Shown one piece after another: positions 47,201-61,190 of a DNA stretch of 64,000 nucleotides. Made by a program: the position numbers and the translations under genes. The DNA comes from Chrysomallon squamiferum (lineage: Eukaryota > Animalia > Mollusca): NCBI GenBank assembly GCA_012295275.1, contig CM022674.1, positions 2,666,001-2,730,000 on the forward strand, given 5' to 3'. Position 1 is the stretch's first letter. Every line of letters begins with the position of its first letter. The notes under the pieces are model-generated. The model was not told the DNA's origin, searched no databases, and saw only the letters and a program-made list of their open reading frames with translations.

Positions 47201-50200
47201 GAGCTGATCCTAATTTAAAAGACAGTGATAACATTTCTGTTTTACATCTAGCAGCTAAATATGGAAATATAGAACTTGTAACAGCACTGACTGTAAAAGG
47301 TTTTGATGTAAATATTAAAAACAGAAAAGGTGAAACGGTTCTTCTTACAGCACTGAAATCTTATATATATAGTTTTGAAAAACATCACACATGGATTAAA
47401 ACACATTTTGATGTAAATATTAAAACTAGTCAAGGTGAAACTCCTCTTTTTGCAGCTGTTAAGCATGGACACAACAAAGTAGCTTTGTACTTACTGGATC
47501 ATGGAGCTGAACCTAATTCTGTTTTGCGTCTAGCAGAAGAAATGGAAAATTTAGAAATTGTGACAGCACTGATTGAGAAAAGTGTTGATGTAAATATTAG
47601 AAATGCTCGAGGTGAAACTCCTCTTTCTATAGTTGTTAATTATGATGAAGATAAACTTCATCTGTATCTGAATAGTGAAATGGATAAAGTAGTGTTTCAT
47701 TTACTGGAACAAGGAGCTGATCCTAATTTAACAGACAATGATAACAACTCTGCTTTACACTTAGCAGCTAAACATGGAAATACAGAAATTGTGAAAGCAC
47801 TGATTGAAAAAGGTGTTGAGGTAAACCTTAAAAACTGTTATGGAGAAACTCCTCTTTTTACAGCTGTTGAGGATGTTGATAAACATGATCTATCCGTGGT
47901 TTTAGAGAAATGTAAAATAAGTTTGTTTTTACTGGAAAATGGAGCTGATCCTAATTTAACAAACAATGATAAAAATTCTGTTTTATACGTAGCAGCTAAA
48001 CAAGGAAATATAGAAATTGTGAAAGTTTTGATTGAAAAAGGTGTCGATGTGAATATTAAAAATAGTAGAGGTAAAACTCCAATTTTAGGAGCTTTTGATT
48101 ATGATATATTTGATGCTTCTCAATCTAGGAATGATGAAAAATGTAGGGTAGTTTTTTATTTACTAGAACACAGAGCTGATCCCAGTTTAACAGACGATGA
48201 TCAGAATTCAGTTTTACACTTAGCAGCTGAACATGGAAATATAGAAATCGTGAAAGCACTGATTGAAAAAAGTCTTGATGTAAATACTAAGAATAGTAGA
48301 GGTGAAACACCTTTATTTTCAACTCTTTGTTATGAAGAGCATAAACTTTATCCATCTCTTCGTTATGATATTAATCCGTCTCTGAAAGAGGAAAAATTGA
48401 AAGTACTTGTTCATTTACTGGAACATGGAGCTGACCCTAATATAACACGCAATGATCAGAATTCTCTTTTACACCTGGCAGCTATTTCTGGTGATATGAA
48501 CATTTTGAGGGAACTAATTAAAAATGGTTGTGATGTTAATATTACAAACGGTGAAGGGGAAACTCCTCTTCTTCAAGTTCTGAGTTCCAAAGCACGTGCT
48601 TCTAAAATAATTCAGTCTTTTACGACTTTTAACAAAGATATTATTATTTTTTTACTGGAACATGGTGCTGATCCACGTGTTACAGAAAAATATTCTAACA
48701 ACTCTCTTTTACACTTAGCAGCTAAAGAACAAAAGATAGAAATTGTGAAACTACTGATTGAAAAAGGTTTTGATGTAAATATTAAAAACAACAGAGGTAA
48801 AACTCCTCTTTTTGCAGCTGTTGATTATAATCTATATCTGAATGACAAAAAATGTAAAGTATTTTTTCATTTACTGGAACATGGAGCTCATCCTAATTTA
48901 ACTGACAGTGATAACAATTCAGTTTTACACAGAGCAGCTAACCATGGAAATGTAGAAAGTATGACAGCACTCATTGAAAAAGGTGCTGATGTAAATATTA
49001 AAAACAACAGAGGTGAAACTCCTCTTTTTAAAGCTGTTGATTATAATCTATGTCAAATAGTTTTTCATTTACTGGAACATGGAGCTGATCCTAATTTAAT
49101 TGACAGTGATAACAATTCAGTTTTAGACAGAGCAGCTAAACATGGAAATGTAGAAATTATGACAGCACTGATTGAAAAAGGTGCTGATGTAAATATTAAA
49201 AACAACACAGGTGAAACTCCTCTTTTTACACCTGTTAAGTATGTTGAAGATGAAGATGATCCATTTCTGAATGATGAAAAATGTGAAGTAGTTTTTCATT
49301 TACTGGAATGTGGTGCTGATCCTAATTTAACTGACAGTGATAAAAATTATGTTTTATACGTAGCAGCTAAACAAGGAAATATAGAAATTGTGAAAGTTTT
49401 GATTAAAAAAGGTGTCGATGTGAATATTAAAAATAGTAGAGGTGAAACTCCAATTTTAGGAGCTCTTGATTATAATATATTTGATGTTTCTCAATTTCTG
49501 AATGATAAAAAATGTAAAGTAGTTTTTTATTTACTGGAACATGGAGCTGATCCCAATTTAACAGACGATGATCAGAATTCAGTTTTACACAGAGCAGCTG
49601 AACATGGAAATATAGAAATCGTGAAACTACTGATTGAAAAAGGTGTTGATGTAAATATTAAAAACAACAGAGGTGAAACTCCTCTTTTTGCAGCTGTTGA
49701 TTATAATCTATATCTGAATGATCAAAAATGTAAAGTAGTTTTTCATTTACTGGAACATGGAGCTGATCCCTAATTTAACTGACAGTGATAACAATTCTGT
49801 TTTACACAGAGCAGCTAAAGATGGAAATGTAGAAATTGTGACAGCTCTGATTGAAAAAGGTGTTGATGTAAATATTAAAAACAACAGAGGTGAAACTCCT
49901 CTTCTTGTAGCTGCTAATTATGAAAAGGCTGAACTGTTTCCATGTCTGAAAAACCAAAAAGTAAAACAGCTCTTCATTTACTGGAACATGGTGCTGATCC
50001 TGATTTAATTGACAATGATAAAAATTCTGTTTTACACTTAGCAGCTAAATATGGAAATACAGAAATTGTGAAAGCACTGATTGAAAAAGATGTTGAGGTA
50101 AACCTTAAAAACTGTTATGGAAAAACTCCTCTTTTTACAGCTGTTGAGGATGTTGATAAACTTGATCTATCCGTGGATTTAGAGAAATGTAAAATAAGTT

Positions 50201-53200
50201 TGTTTTTACTGGAAAATGGAGCTGATCCTAATTTAACAGACAATGATAAAAATTCTGTTTTACACTTAGCAGCTAAACATGGAAATGTAGAACTTGTGAA
50301 AGTTTTGATTAAAAAAGGTGTTGATGTGAATATTAAAAATAGTAGAGGTAAAACTCCAATTTTAGGAGCTCTTGATTATAATATATGTGATGTTTCTCGA
50401 TCTAGGAATGATGAAAACTGTAAAGTATTTCTTCATTTACTGGAACATGGAGCTGATCTCAATTTAACAGACGATGATCAGAATTCAGTTTTACACTTAG
50501 CAGCTAAACATGGAAATATAGAAATCGTGAAAGTACTGATTGAAAAAGGTCTTGATGTAAATACTAAGAATAGTAGAGGTGAAACACCTTTATTTTCAAC
50601 TCTTTGTTATGATGAGCATAAACTTTATCCATCTCTGAAAGAGGAAAAATTGAAAGTATTTTTTCATTTACTGGAACATGGAGCTGACCCTAATATAACA
50701 CGCAATGATAAGAATTCTCTTTTACACCTGGCAGCTATTTCTGGTAATATGAATATTTTGAGGGAACTAATTAAAAATGGTTGTGATGTTAATATTACAA
50801 ACGGTGAAGGGGAAACTCCTCTTCTTCAAGTTCTGAGTCCCAAAGGACATACTTTTAACATAACTCAGTCTTTTATGACTTTTTACGACGATATTATTAT
50901 TTTTTTACTGGAACATGGTGCTGATCCACGTGTTACAGAAAAATATTCTAACAATACTGCTTTACACTTTGCAGCTCAACAACGAAATATAGAAATTGTG
51001 ACAGCACTGATTGAAAAAGGTGTTGATGTAAATATTAAAAACAACAGAGGTGAAACTCCTCTTTTTACAGCTGTTAAGTATGTTGAAGATCAAAATGATC
51101 TATTTCTCAGTGATGGAAAATGTGAAGTAGTTTTTCTTTTACTGGAATGTGGAGCTGATCCTAATTTAACTGACAGTGATAACAATTCTGTTTTACACTT
51201 AGCAGCTAAAAAAGGAAATATAGAAATTGTGACTGCACTGATTGAAAAAGGTGTTGATGTAAATATTAAAAACAACAGAGGTGAAACTCCTCTTTTTGCA
51301 GTTGTTGATTATAATCTATATCTGAATGACAAAAAATGTAAAGTAGTTTTTCATTTACTGGAACATGGAGCTGATCCTAATTTAACTGACAGTGATAACA
51401 ATTCTGTTTTACACTTAGCAGCTAAAAAAGGAAATGTAGAAATTATGAAACCTCTGACTGAAAAAGGTGCTGATGTAAATATTAAAAACTGTAGAGGTGA
51501 AGCTCCTCTTCTTGTAGCTGCTAATTATGAAAAGGATCAACTGTTTCCATATCTGAAAAACCGAAAAAGTAAAACAGCTCTTCATTTACTGGAACATGGT
51601 GCTGATCCTGATTTAATTGACAATGATAAAAATTCTGTTTTACACTTAGCAGCTAAATATGGAAATACAGAAATTGTGAAAGCACTGATTGAAAAAGATG
51701 TTGAGGTAAACCTTAAAAACTATTATGGAAAAACTCCTCTTTTTACAGCTGTTGAGGATGTTGATAAACTTGATCTATCCGTGGATTTAGAGAAATGTAA
51801 AATAAGTTTGTTTTTACTGGAAAATGGAGCTGATCCTAATTTAACAGACAATGATAAAAATTCTGTTTTACACTTAGCAGCTAAATATGGAAATACAGAA
51901 ATTGTGAAAGCACTGATTGAAAAAGATGTTGAGGTAAACCTTAAAAACTGTTATGGAAAAACTCCTCTTTTTACAGCTGTTGAGGATGTTGATAAACTTG
52001 ATCTATCCGTGGTTTTAGAGAAATGTAAAATAAGTTTGTTTTTACTGGAAAATGGAGCTGATCCTAATTTAACAGACAATGATACAAATTCTGTTTTACA
52101 CTTAGCAGCTAAACATGGAAATGTAGAACTTGTGAAAGTTTTGATTAAAAAAGGTGTCGATGTGAATATTAAAAATAGTAGAGGTGAAACTCCAATTTTA
52201 GGAGCTCTTGATTATAATATATGTGATGTTTCTCGATCTAGGAATGATGAAGACTGTAAAGTATTTCTTCATTTACTGGAACATGGAGCTGATCCCAATT
52301 TAACAGACGATGATCAGAATTCTGTTTTACACTTAGCAGCTAAACATGGAAATACAGAAATTGTGAAAGTACTGATTGAAAAAGGTCTTGATGTAAATAC
52401 GAAAAATAGTAGAGGTGAAACTCCTTTATTTTCAACTCTTTGTTATGATGAGTATAAACTTTATCCATCTCTGAAAAAGGAAAAATCGAAAGTATTTCTT
52501 CATTTACTAGAACATGGAGCTGATCCCAATTTAACAGACGATGATCAGAATTCAGTTTTACACTTAGCAGCTAAACATGGAAATATAGAAATTGTGAAAG
52601 CACTGATTGAAAAAGGTCTTGATGTAAATACGAAAAATAGTAGAGGTGAAACTCCTTTATTTTCAACTCTTTGTTATGATGAGCATAAACTTTATCCATC
52701 TCTGAAAAAGGAAAAATCGAAAGTATTTCTTCATTTACTAGAACATGGAGCTGATCCTGATTTAATTGACAATGATAAAAATTCTGTTTTACACTTAGCA
52801 GCTAAATATGGAAATACAGAAATTGTGAAAGCACTGATTGAAAAAGATGTTGAGGTAAACCTTAAAAACTGTTATGGAAAAACTCCTCTTTTTACAGCTG
52901 TTGAGGATGTTGATAAACTTGATCTATCCGTGGTTTTAGAGAAATGTAAAATAAGTTTGTTTTTACTGGAAAATGGAGCTGATCCTAATTTAACAGACAA
53001 TGATAAAAATTCTGTTTTATACATAGCAGCTAAACAAGGAAATATAGAAATTGTGAAAGTTTTGATTAAAAAAGGTGTCGATGTGAATATTAAAAATAGT
53101 AGAGGTAAAACTCAATTTTTAGGAGCTCTTGATTATAATATATGTGATGTTTCTCGATCTAGGAATGATAAAAAATGTGAAGTAGTTTTTTATTTACTGG

Positions 53201-55614
53201 AACATGGAGCTGATCCCAATTTAACAGACGATGATCAGAATTCAGTTTTACACTTAGCAGCTAAACATGGAAATATAGAAATTGTGAAAGCACTGATTGA
53301 AAAAGGTCTTGATGTAAATACGAAAAATAGTAGAGGTGAAACTCCTTTATTTTCAACTCTTTGTTATGATGAGCATAAACTTTATCCATCTCTGAAAAAG
53401 GAAAAATCGAAAGTATTTCTTCATTTACTAGAACATGGAGCTGATCCCAATTTAACAGACGATGATCAGAATTCAGTTTTACACTTAGCAGCTAAATGTG
53501 GAAATACAGAAATTGTGAAAGCACTGATTGAAAAAGGTCTTGATGTAAATACGAAAAATAGTAGAGGTGAAACTCCTTTATTTTCAACTCTTTGTTATGA
53601 TGAGGATGAACTTGATCCATCTTTTTGTTATGATGAGTATGAACTTTATCGATCTCTGAAAAAGGAAAAATCGAAAATATTTCTTTATTTACTGGAACAT
53701 GGAGCTGATCCCAATTTAACAGACGATGATCAGAATTCTGTTTTACACTTAGCAGCTAAACATGGAAATATAGAAATCGTGAAAGCACTGATTGAAAAAG
53801 GTCTTGATGTAAATACGAAAAATAGTAGAGGTGAAACTCCTTTATTTTCAACTCTTTGTTATGATGAGGATGAACTTGATCCATCTCTTTGTTATGATGA
53901 GTATGAACTTTATCCATCTCTGAAAAAGGAAAAATCGAAAATATTTCTTTATTTACTGGAACATGGAGCTGATCCCAATTTAACAGACGATGATCAGAAT
54001 TCTGTTTTACACTTAGCAGCTAAACATGGAAATATAGAAATTGTGAAAGCACTGATTGAAAAAGGTCTTGATGTAAATACGAAAAATAGTAGAGGTGAAA
54101 CTCCTTTATTTTCAACTCTTTGTTATGATGAGCATAAACTTTATCCATCTCTGAAAAAGGAAAAATCGAAAGTATTTCTTCATTTACTAGAACATGGAGC
54201 TGATCCTGATTTAATTGACAATGATAAAAATTCTGTTTTACACTTAGCAGCTAAATATGGAAATACAGAAATTGTGAAAGCACTGATTGAAAAAGATGTT
54301 GAGGTAAACCTTAAAAACTGTTATGGAAAAACTCCTCTTTTTACAGCTGTTGAGGATGTTGATAAACTTGATCTATCCGTGGATTTAGAGAAATGTAAAA
54401 TAAGTTTGTTTTTACTGGAAAATGGAGCTGATCCTAATTTAACAGACAATGATAAAAATTCTGTTTTATACATAGCAGCTAAACAAGGAAATATAGAAAT
54501 TGTGAAAGTTTTGATTAAAAAAGGTGTCGATGTGAATATTAAAAATAGTAGAGGTAAAACTCCAATTTTAGGAGCTCTTGATTATAATATATGTGATGTT
54601 TCTCGATCTAGGAATGATAAAAAATGTGAAGTAGTTTTTTATTTACTGGAACATGGAGCTGATCCCAATTTAACAGACGATGATCAGAATTCAGTTTTAC
54701 ACTTAGCAGCTAAACATGGAAATACAGAAATTGTGAAAGTACTGATTGAAAAAGGTCTTGATGTAAATACGAAAAATAGTAGAGGTGAAACTCCTTTATT
54801 TTCAACTCTTTGTTATGATGAGTATAAACTTTATCCATCTCTGAAAAAGGAAAAATCGAAAGTATTTCTTCATTTACTAGAACATGGAGCTGATCCCAAT
54901 TTAACAGACGATGATCAGAATTCAGTTTTACACTTAGCAGCTAAACATGGAAATATAGAAATTGTGAAAGCACTGATTGAAAAAGGTCTTGATGTAAATA
55001 CGAAAAATAGTAGAGGTGAAACTCCTTTATTTTCAACTCTTTGTTATGATGAGCATAAACTTTATCCATCTCTGAAAAAGGAAAAATCGAAAGTATTTCT
55101 TCATTTACTAGAACATGGAGCTGATCCCAATTTAACAGACGATGATCAGAATTCAGTTTTACACTTAGCAGCTAAATGTGGAAATACAGAAATTGTGAAA
55201 GCACTGATTGAAAAAGGTCTTGATGTAAATACGAAAAATAGTAGAGGTGAAACTCCTTTATTTTCAACTCTTTGTTATGATGAGGATGAACTTGATCCAT
55301 CTCTTTGTTATGATGAGTATGAACTTTATCCATCTCTGAAAAAGGAAAAATCGAAAATATTTCTTTATTTACTGGAACATGGAGCTGATCCCAATTTAAC
55401 AGACGATGATCAGAATTCTGTTTTACACTTAGCAGCTAAACATGGAAATATAGAAATCGTGAAAGCACTGATTGAAAAAGGTGTTGATGTAAATGTTATC
55501 AATTCAACAGGTGAAACTCCTCTTGATAAGGCTACGAGCTACAGATTTCACTGTAAGGAAAGTGACACTATTTTGTATTTATTGGAGCATGGTGCTAAAC
55601 ACAGTAACAGATAA
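44269..55614 (+). CDS. Giant terminal exon: nSTAND3-type STAND NTPase, helical/winged-helix region and about 80 ankyrin repeats (NLR-like receptor); broken by several 1-nt frameshifts in this assembly
   Basis: YVETRVEKRGVELLKKHGVVIVVGCPGSGKT (Walker A), CVVLIDDIFGK (Walker B, in the shifted frame ~44512-44545), IITLRKQIF (sensor-1), LGFPQIC (GxP), YTFIHQSVFD (MHD-like). ORFs 46441-49773, 49757-50008 and 49942-55614 contain TPL/SVLHLAA...GADPN/GVDVN ankyrin repeats. Stop TAA at 55612-55614. Confidence 0.92.
47000..55560 (+). repeat. Coding tandem repeat of ~228-264-bp two-ankyrin cassettes with very high nucleotide identity
   Basis: Blocks such as aattcagttttacacttagcagctaaacatggaaatatagaaattgtgaaagcactgattgaaaaagg recur about every 230 bp. 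Identity is highest from 51.6 to 55.5 kb. Confidence 0.95.
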
Positions 55615-56226
55615 AATAAATTTTGAAATAAAAAGCCCTGAACATTTCAGTGCACACAGGCTGTCACTTTTAAGTTGAATATTAACTGGTGAGAACATTT
55701 TAAAGTCGTGCAGAAGTAATATTTATGTACAAATGTGTTTCAAAGTTCATCTTAATTTTCTACATCATCCTGAAGCACAATGACATGGTTTCATTCTAAA
55801 CTGCTTTATTTGTACTTATTTTCAATAATGTTCTATGAGTGTATATCACTATGTGCTAGGAAATGTGCACAGGTTTAACTTTTCAGTTCAAAAGTATAAA
55901 TATTGATACATGAGCCAAACAGCATTTTCGAAAATAGAATTTGTGAACAAATGCATTGTGGTGAAGAGTTAAAATCCAATACAAGTTTCTGTAACTATAT
56001 TGCTATGTAGTCTGGTGTATGTCAAGATACTATTAATTGTTTCTATTCTATACTGTGTGCCCTGTTATTTCTATTCAAGTGTTGTATTATTGAATAGCCT
56101 TATTTTTGTTTCTGTACAAATATTGTATTATCATATTGTATAACATTTTGTTTCTATACAAATATTGTACGATCATATTTTATAATCTATTGTATTTATT
56201 CAAATATTGCATTAATGCATGGTGTA

Positions 56227-56854
56227 GTTTTTGTTTCTGTATAAATAATGTATCTACACCATATTCTATAATTTGTTGTATCTATTCAAATATTGTATTA
56301 TTATTATTATATAGTTTTGCACTTCTATTCAACTATTATAATACTGTGCATATTTATGAAATTTTGACCTAATTTTTACTTTTCTCTGAAACACTGTGAA
56401 GGATTTATTGCACGTATCAGTTTAAAAAGATGTAACTATATGTTATGGTTCCCTGTAATAAAACAATAGTAAAACCTAAGCTAATTTTGAACAGGTTATT
56501 CAGTTGGTGAAAAGTCAAGCAGTTTAAAACTCAGATTTGTTATATTATTCATGATGACTTGATTTATTACTGGTGGTTATATTAGACTGTTTATGTATGA
56601 AAATGTCTGTTAAATAGGATATAATAATTAAAGCATATATTTTAATGTTGAGCACAACATTTTTAATTTATATATTTTTTTTCATTTTATAAAATGCTTG
56701 CATTTTAAAATAAATTTGTATTTTGAAGTAAAATGTAATTTTTCAATATAGTTATAATTTTAATGTATATTGTACTTTTTTTTTTTACTTTCATTTGTTT
56801 TATTGTTAGACAAAATGAAATATCTGCATTTTTTTTTTACTTGTTAATCAGGAG

Positions 56855-56889
<35 letters not shown>

Positions 56890-56906
56890 CAATATGTTAA
56901 TGTATG

Positions 56907-56937
<31 letters not shown>

Positions 56938-59900
56938 GTATACACATACACATAATAATTATAAAATAGTAGTTAATAGTAGTTTAAATTAGGAATACCC
57001 TTATTTGATGCATAATATTATTTTATTATTTAATATTTCTTTTTGTTGGCTGAGGTAATTTTAGATTTATTAATGATCGTTATTAAGGTTCTTATTGCCA
57101 TCATCATCATTATTATTATTATTATTAATATTATTATTATTTCTTTTATTATTACTTTGGAATCTATTCAGTTTATTTATTTATTTATTTGTTTGCTTTT
57201 ACTTTTATCTGTTTAATCATTAGAATATAATGAATGAATTTACATAAGAGATACTTGTACATATTTTTAATTACATGGTTTATTTTTTGATAATTTGCAT
57301 GACAGAACGTTTTCGCTACCTTTGTTTTGTGTGTTAACTAATTTTAGATGAAACTTCAACTTACTTCAAATTATAATTAACTGTATCTTTAATTAATAAA
57401 TGAAAAGGACAAATCAGGTTTGTTTCTCATTTGTTACACACCCTGTTCTTACAGCTGGATGAACTAATTAAGCCAGTTCCAGTAATTGTAGTGTAATAGT
57501 CACTGATGACCTGGTGTTTTTTATTTGTTAGCAGCTATAACAGATAATGTTCTAATTTAAATTCATCTTTAAACACTCTGTAATTAATGCCTTGAGATGG
57601 CTCATGTTTGTATCTATTCCATTTTTGTAAGAACCAATCAGGCACATTTTTTAAGAGTTTATTTTGTCCACAAGACAGTCACTTGGACACATGAAGGTTT
57701 GCTTCATAAAACAAAATAGATTCATCTAGTACAGCTTTCATAGGAGATTCAGCATTTATACTACAGTTGTATGATAAGAAAATGTATAGAACAGCAGACA
57801 ATTTAGATGTTTTACTTTAACACTTATGGACATAAACCATAAATCTTGCTGTTGTCTTGTTAACACATAATATATATTTGACAAACATATCTAAATTACT
57901 AAAACCCCAGATTTGACAGCCATATAATAATATTGGTTTTATAGTTTTTTCAAACAAATCTGATAGTCGATGATTAAGTTATATTGATCTGCATTTTGTT
58001 AATACAGTTTTTGTTTCTGTATAAATAATATATCTACACCATATTGTATAATTTGTTGTATCTATTCAAATGCTGTATTATTATTATATAGTTTTGCGCT
58101 TCTATTCAGCTATTATAATACTGTGCATATTCATGAAATTTTGACCTAATTTTTACTTTTCACTGAAACACTGTGAAGGATTTATTGCACATATCAGTTT
58201 AAAAAGATGTAACTATATGTTATGGTTCCCTGTAATAAAACAATAGTAAAACCTAAGCTAATTTTGAACAGGTTATTCAGTTGGTGAAAAGTCAAGCAGT
58301 TTAAAACTCAGATTTGTTATATTATTCATGATGACTTGATTTATTACTGGTGGTTATATTAGACTGTTTATATATGAAAATATCTGTTAAATAGGATATA
58401 ATAATTAAAGCATGTATTTTAATGTTGAGCACAACATTTTTAATTTGTATTTTTTTTTTTCATTTTATAAAATGCTTGCATTTTAAAATAAATTTGTATT
58501 TTGAAGTAAAATGTAATTTTTCAGTATAGTTATAATTTTAATGTATATTGTACTTTTTTTTTTACTTGCATTTGTTTTATTGTCAGACAAAATGAAATAT
58601 CTGCATTTTTTTTTTACTTGTTAATCAGGAGATACATTAACATATTGTTAATATATATATATATATATATGTATGTATATGTATGTATACACACACAGAT
58701 AATAATTATAAAACAGTAGTTAATAGCAGTTTAAATTAGGAATACCCTTATTTGATGCATAATATTATTTTATTATTTAATATTTCTTTTTGTTGGCTGA
58801 GGTAATTTTAGATTTATTAATGATCGTTATTAATGTTCTTATTGCCATTATTATTATTATTATTATTATTATCATTATTATTATTAATATTATTATTATT
58901 TCTTTGATTATTACTTTGGAATCTATTCAGTTTATTTATTTATTTATTTGTTTGCTTTTACTTTTATCTGTTTAATCATTAGAATATAATGAATGAATTT
59001 ACATAAGAGATACTTGTACATATTTTTAATTACATGGTTTATTTTTTGATAATTTGCGTGGCAGAACGTTTTTGTTACCTTTGTTTTGTGTGTTAACTAA
59101 TTTTAGATCAAACTTCAACTTACTTCAAATTATAATTAACTGTATCTTTAATTAATAAATGAAAAGGAACAAATCAGGTTTGTTTCTCATCTGTTACACA
59201 CACCCTGTTCTTACAGCTGGATGAACTAATTAAGCCAATTCCAGTAATGTTAGTGTAATAGTCACCGATGACCTGGTGTTTTTCATTTTATTCTGTTACT
59301 AAATACATTGATAATAAAGAATAAAAAATAGACAGAAGGAAAATACTAATTACAATAACAATAATAATAATAATAATAATAGAAAAATAAATAATCAGAA
59401 AATATCTTCTAGTACACAGAAATAAAAATCCTAATTTTTATATAGTTGAGTCACGTTTATCAACTTTATGTACTTATGAATTTGGTATGTATATTTATGT
59501 ACTTGGTACAGATTTGCTAATATTAATTTATATACGTGCATTTAAATATTTTGTATATTTTATTCATATATATGACTCTCTCTAAGTTTCTTATGTTAAA
59601 GTGTCACAAAACTTTTTGTCTATGATTGTTAGGACAAGACAAGACAATATATATATAAAACCCACATAAAATTAACAGTATTTTCTCTAGTGGTACAAAA
59701 CATATATTTTTACTTAACCCTGAAGACTGACTATCAGTGACAAAAGTGATTTTTAAAACAGAAATTTGGTTGCTATTGACGTAGAAAATAAATGTTGAAA
59801 TGTTACTGCATTTGATCTAAGTGTATAATAATACAGTATATATTCTGAAAATAAAAAAATAAAGATGTACAATTAAAAATGCATCACCACTATCAGAATT

Positions 59901-61135
59901 GCATCAATCATTAAATGACACATTGAGCCATCTTTCAATATTGAACCAGCTACCAGTTTCTTTAAGAACACTTAACATTAGTGGTTCTAATTTTTTAAAA
60001 TGTTATCAGCTTTAACAGATAATGTTCCAATTTAAATTCATCTTTAAACACTCTGTAATTACTGCCTTGAGATGGCTCATGTTTGTATCTATTCCATTTT
60101 TGTAAGAACCAATCAGGCACATTTTTTAAGAGTTTATTTTGTCCACAAGACATTCACTTGGACACATGAAGGTATGCTTCATAAAACAAAATAGATTCAT
60201 CTAGTACAGCTTTCATAGGAGATTTAGCATTTATACTACAGTTGTATGATAAGAAAATGTATAGAATAGCAGACAATTTAGATGTTTTACTTTAACACTT
60301 ATGGACATAAACCATAAATCTTGCTGTTGTCTTGTTAACACATAATATATATTTGACAAACATATCTAAATTACTAAAACCCCAGATTTGACAGCCATAT
60401 AATAATATTGGTTTTATAGTTTTTTCAAACAAATCTGATAGTCGATGATTAAGTTATATTGATCTGCATTTTGTTAATACAGTTTTTGTTTCTGTATAAA
60501 TAATGTATCTACACCATATTGTATAATTTGTTGTATCTATTCAAATGCTGTATTATTATTATATAGTTTTGCACTTCTATTCAGCTATTATAATACTGTG
60601 CATATTCATGAAATTTTGACCTAATTTTTACTTTTCACTGAAACACTGTGAAGGATTTATTGCACATATCAGTTTAAAAAGATGTAACTATATGTTATGG
60701 TTCCCTGTAATAAAACAATAGTAAAACCTAAGCTAATTTTGAACAGGTTATTCAGTTGGTGAAAAGTCAAGCAGTTTAAAACTCAGATTTGTTATATTAT
60801 TCATGATGACTTGATTTATTACTGGTGGTTATATTAGACTGTTTATATATGAAAATATCTGTTAAATAGGATATAATAATTAAAGCATGTATTTTAATTG
60901 TGAGCACAACATTTTTAATTTATATTTTTTTTTCATTTTATAAAATGCTTGCTTTTTAAAATAAATTTGTATTTTGAAGTAAAATGTAATTTTTCAATAT
61001 AGTTATAATTTTAATGTATATTGTACTTTTTTTTTACTTTCATTTGTTTTATTGTCAGACAAAATGAAATATCTGCATTTTTTTTTTACTTGTTAATCAG
61101 GAGATACATTAACATATTGTTAATATATATATATA

Positions 61136-61190
<55 letters not shown>

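Noticed and set aside
25591-55560. CRISPR-like or phage-style repeat-spacer interpretation of the arrays
   Set aside because: The context is eukaryotic and intron-containing. Units are kilobase-scale or in-frame coding ankyrin cassettes, with no short repeats separated by unique spacers and no cas genes.
46441-55614. Calling the ORFs ankyrin-1/2/3, a PP6 ankyrin subunit, latrotoxin, or several separate genes
   Set aside because: No ZU5, spectrin-binding or death domain is present. The ORFs are contiguous pieces of one frame downstream of a STAND NTPase, split by 1-nt indels.
44269-55614. Bacterial endosymbiont origin or contamination for the intronless NTPase-ankyrin region
   Set aside because: It is joined in frame to upstream spliceosomal exons by a proper acceptor at 44268, and the introns and flanks contain animal SINE/LINE remnants.
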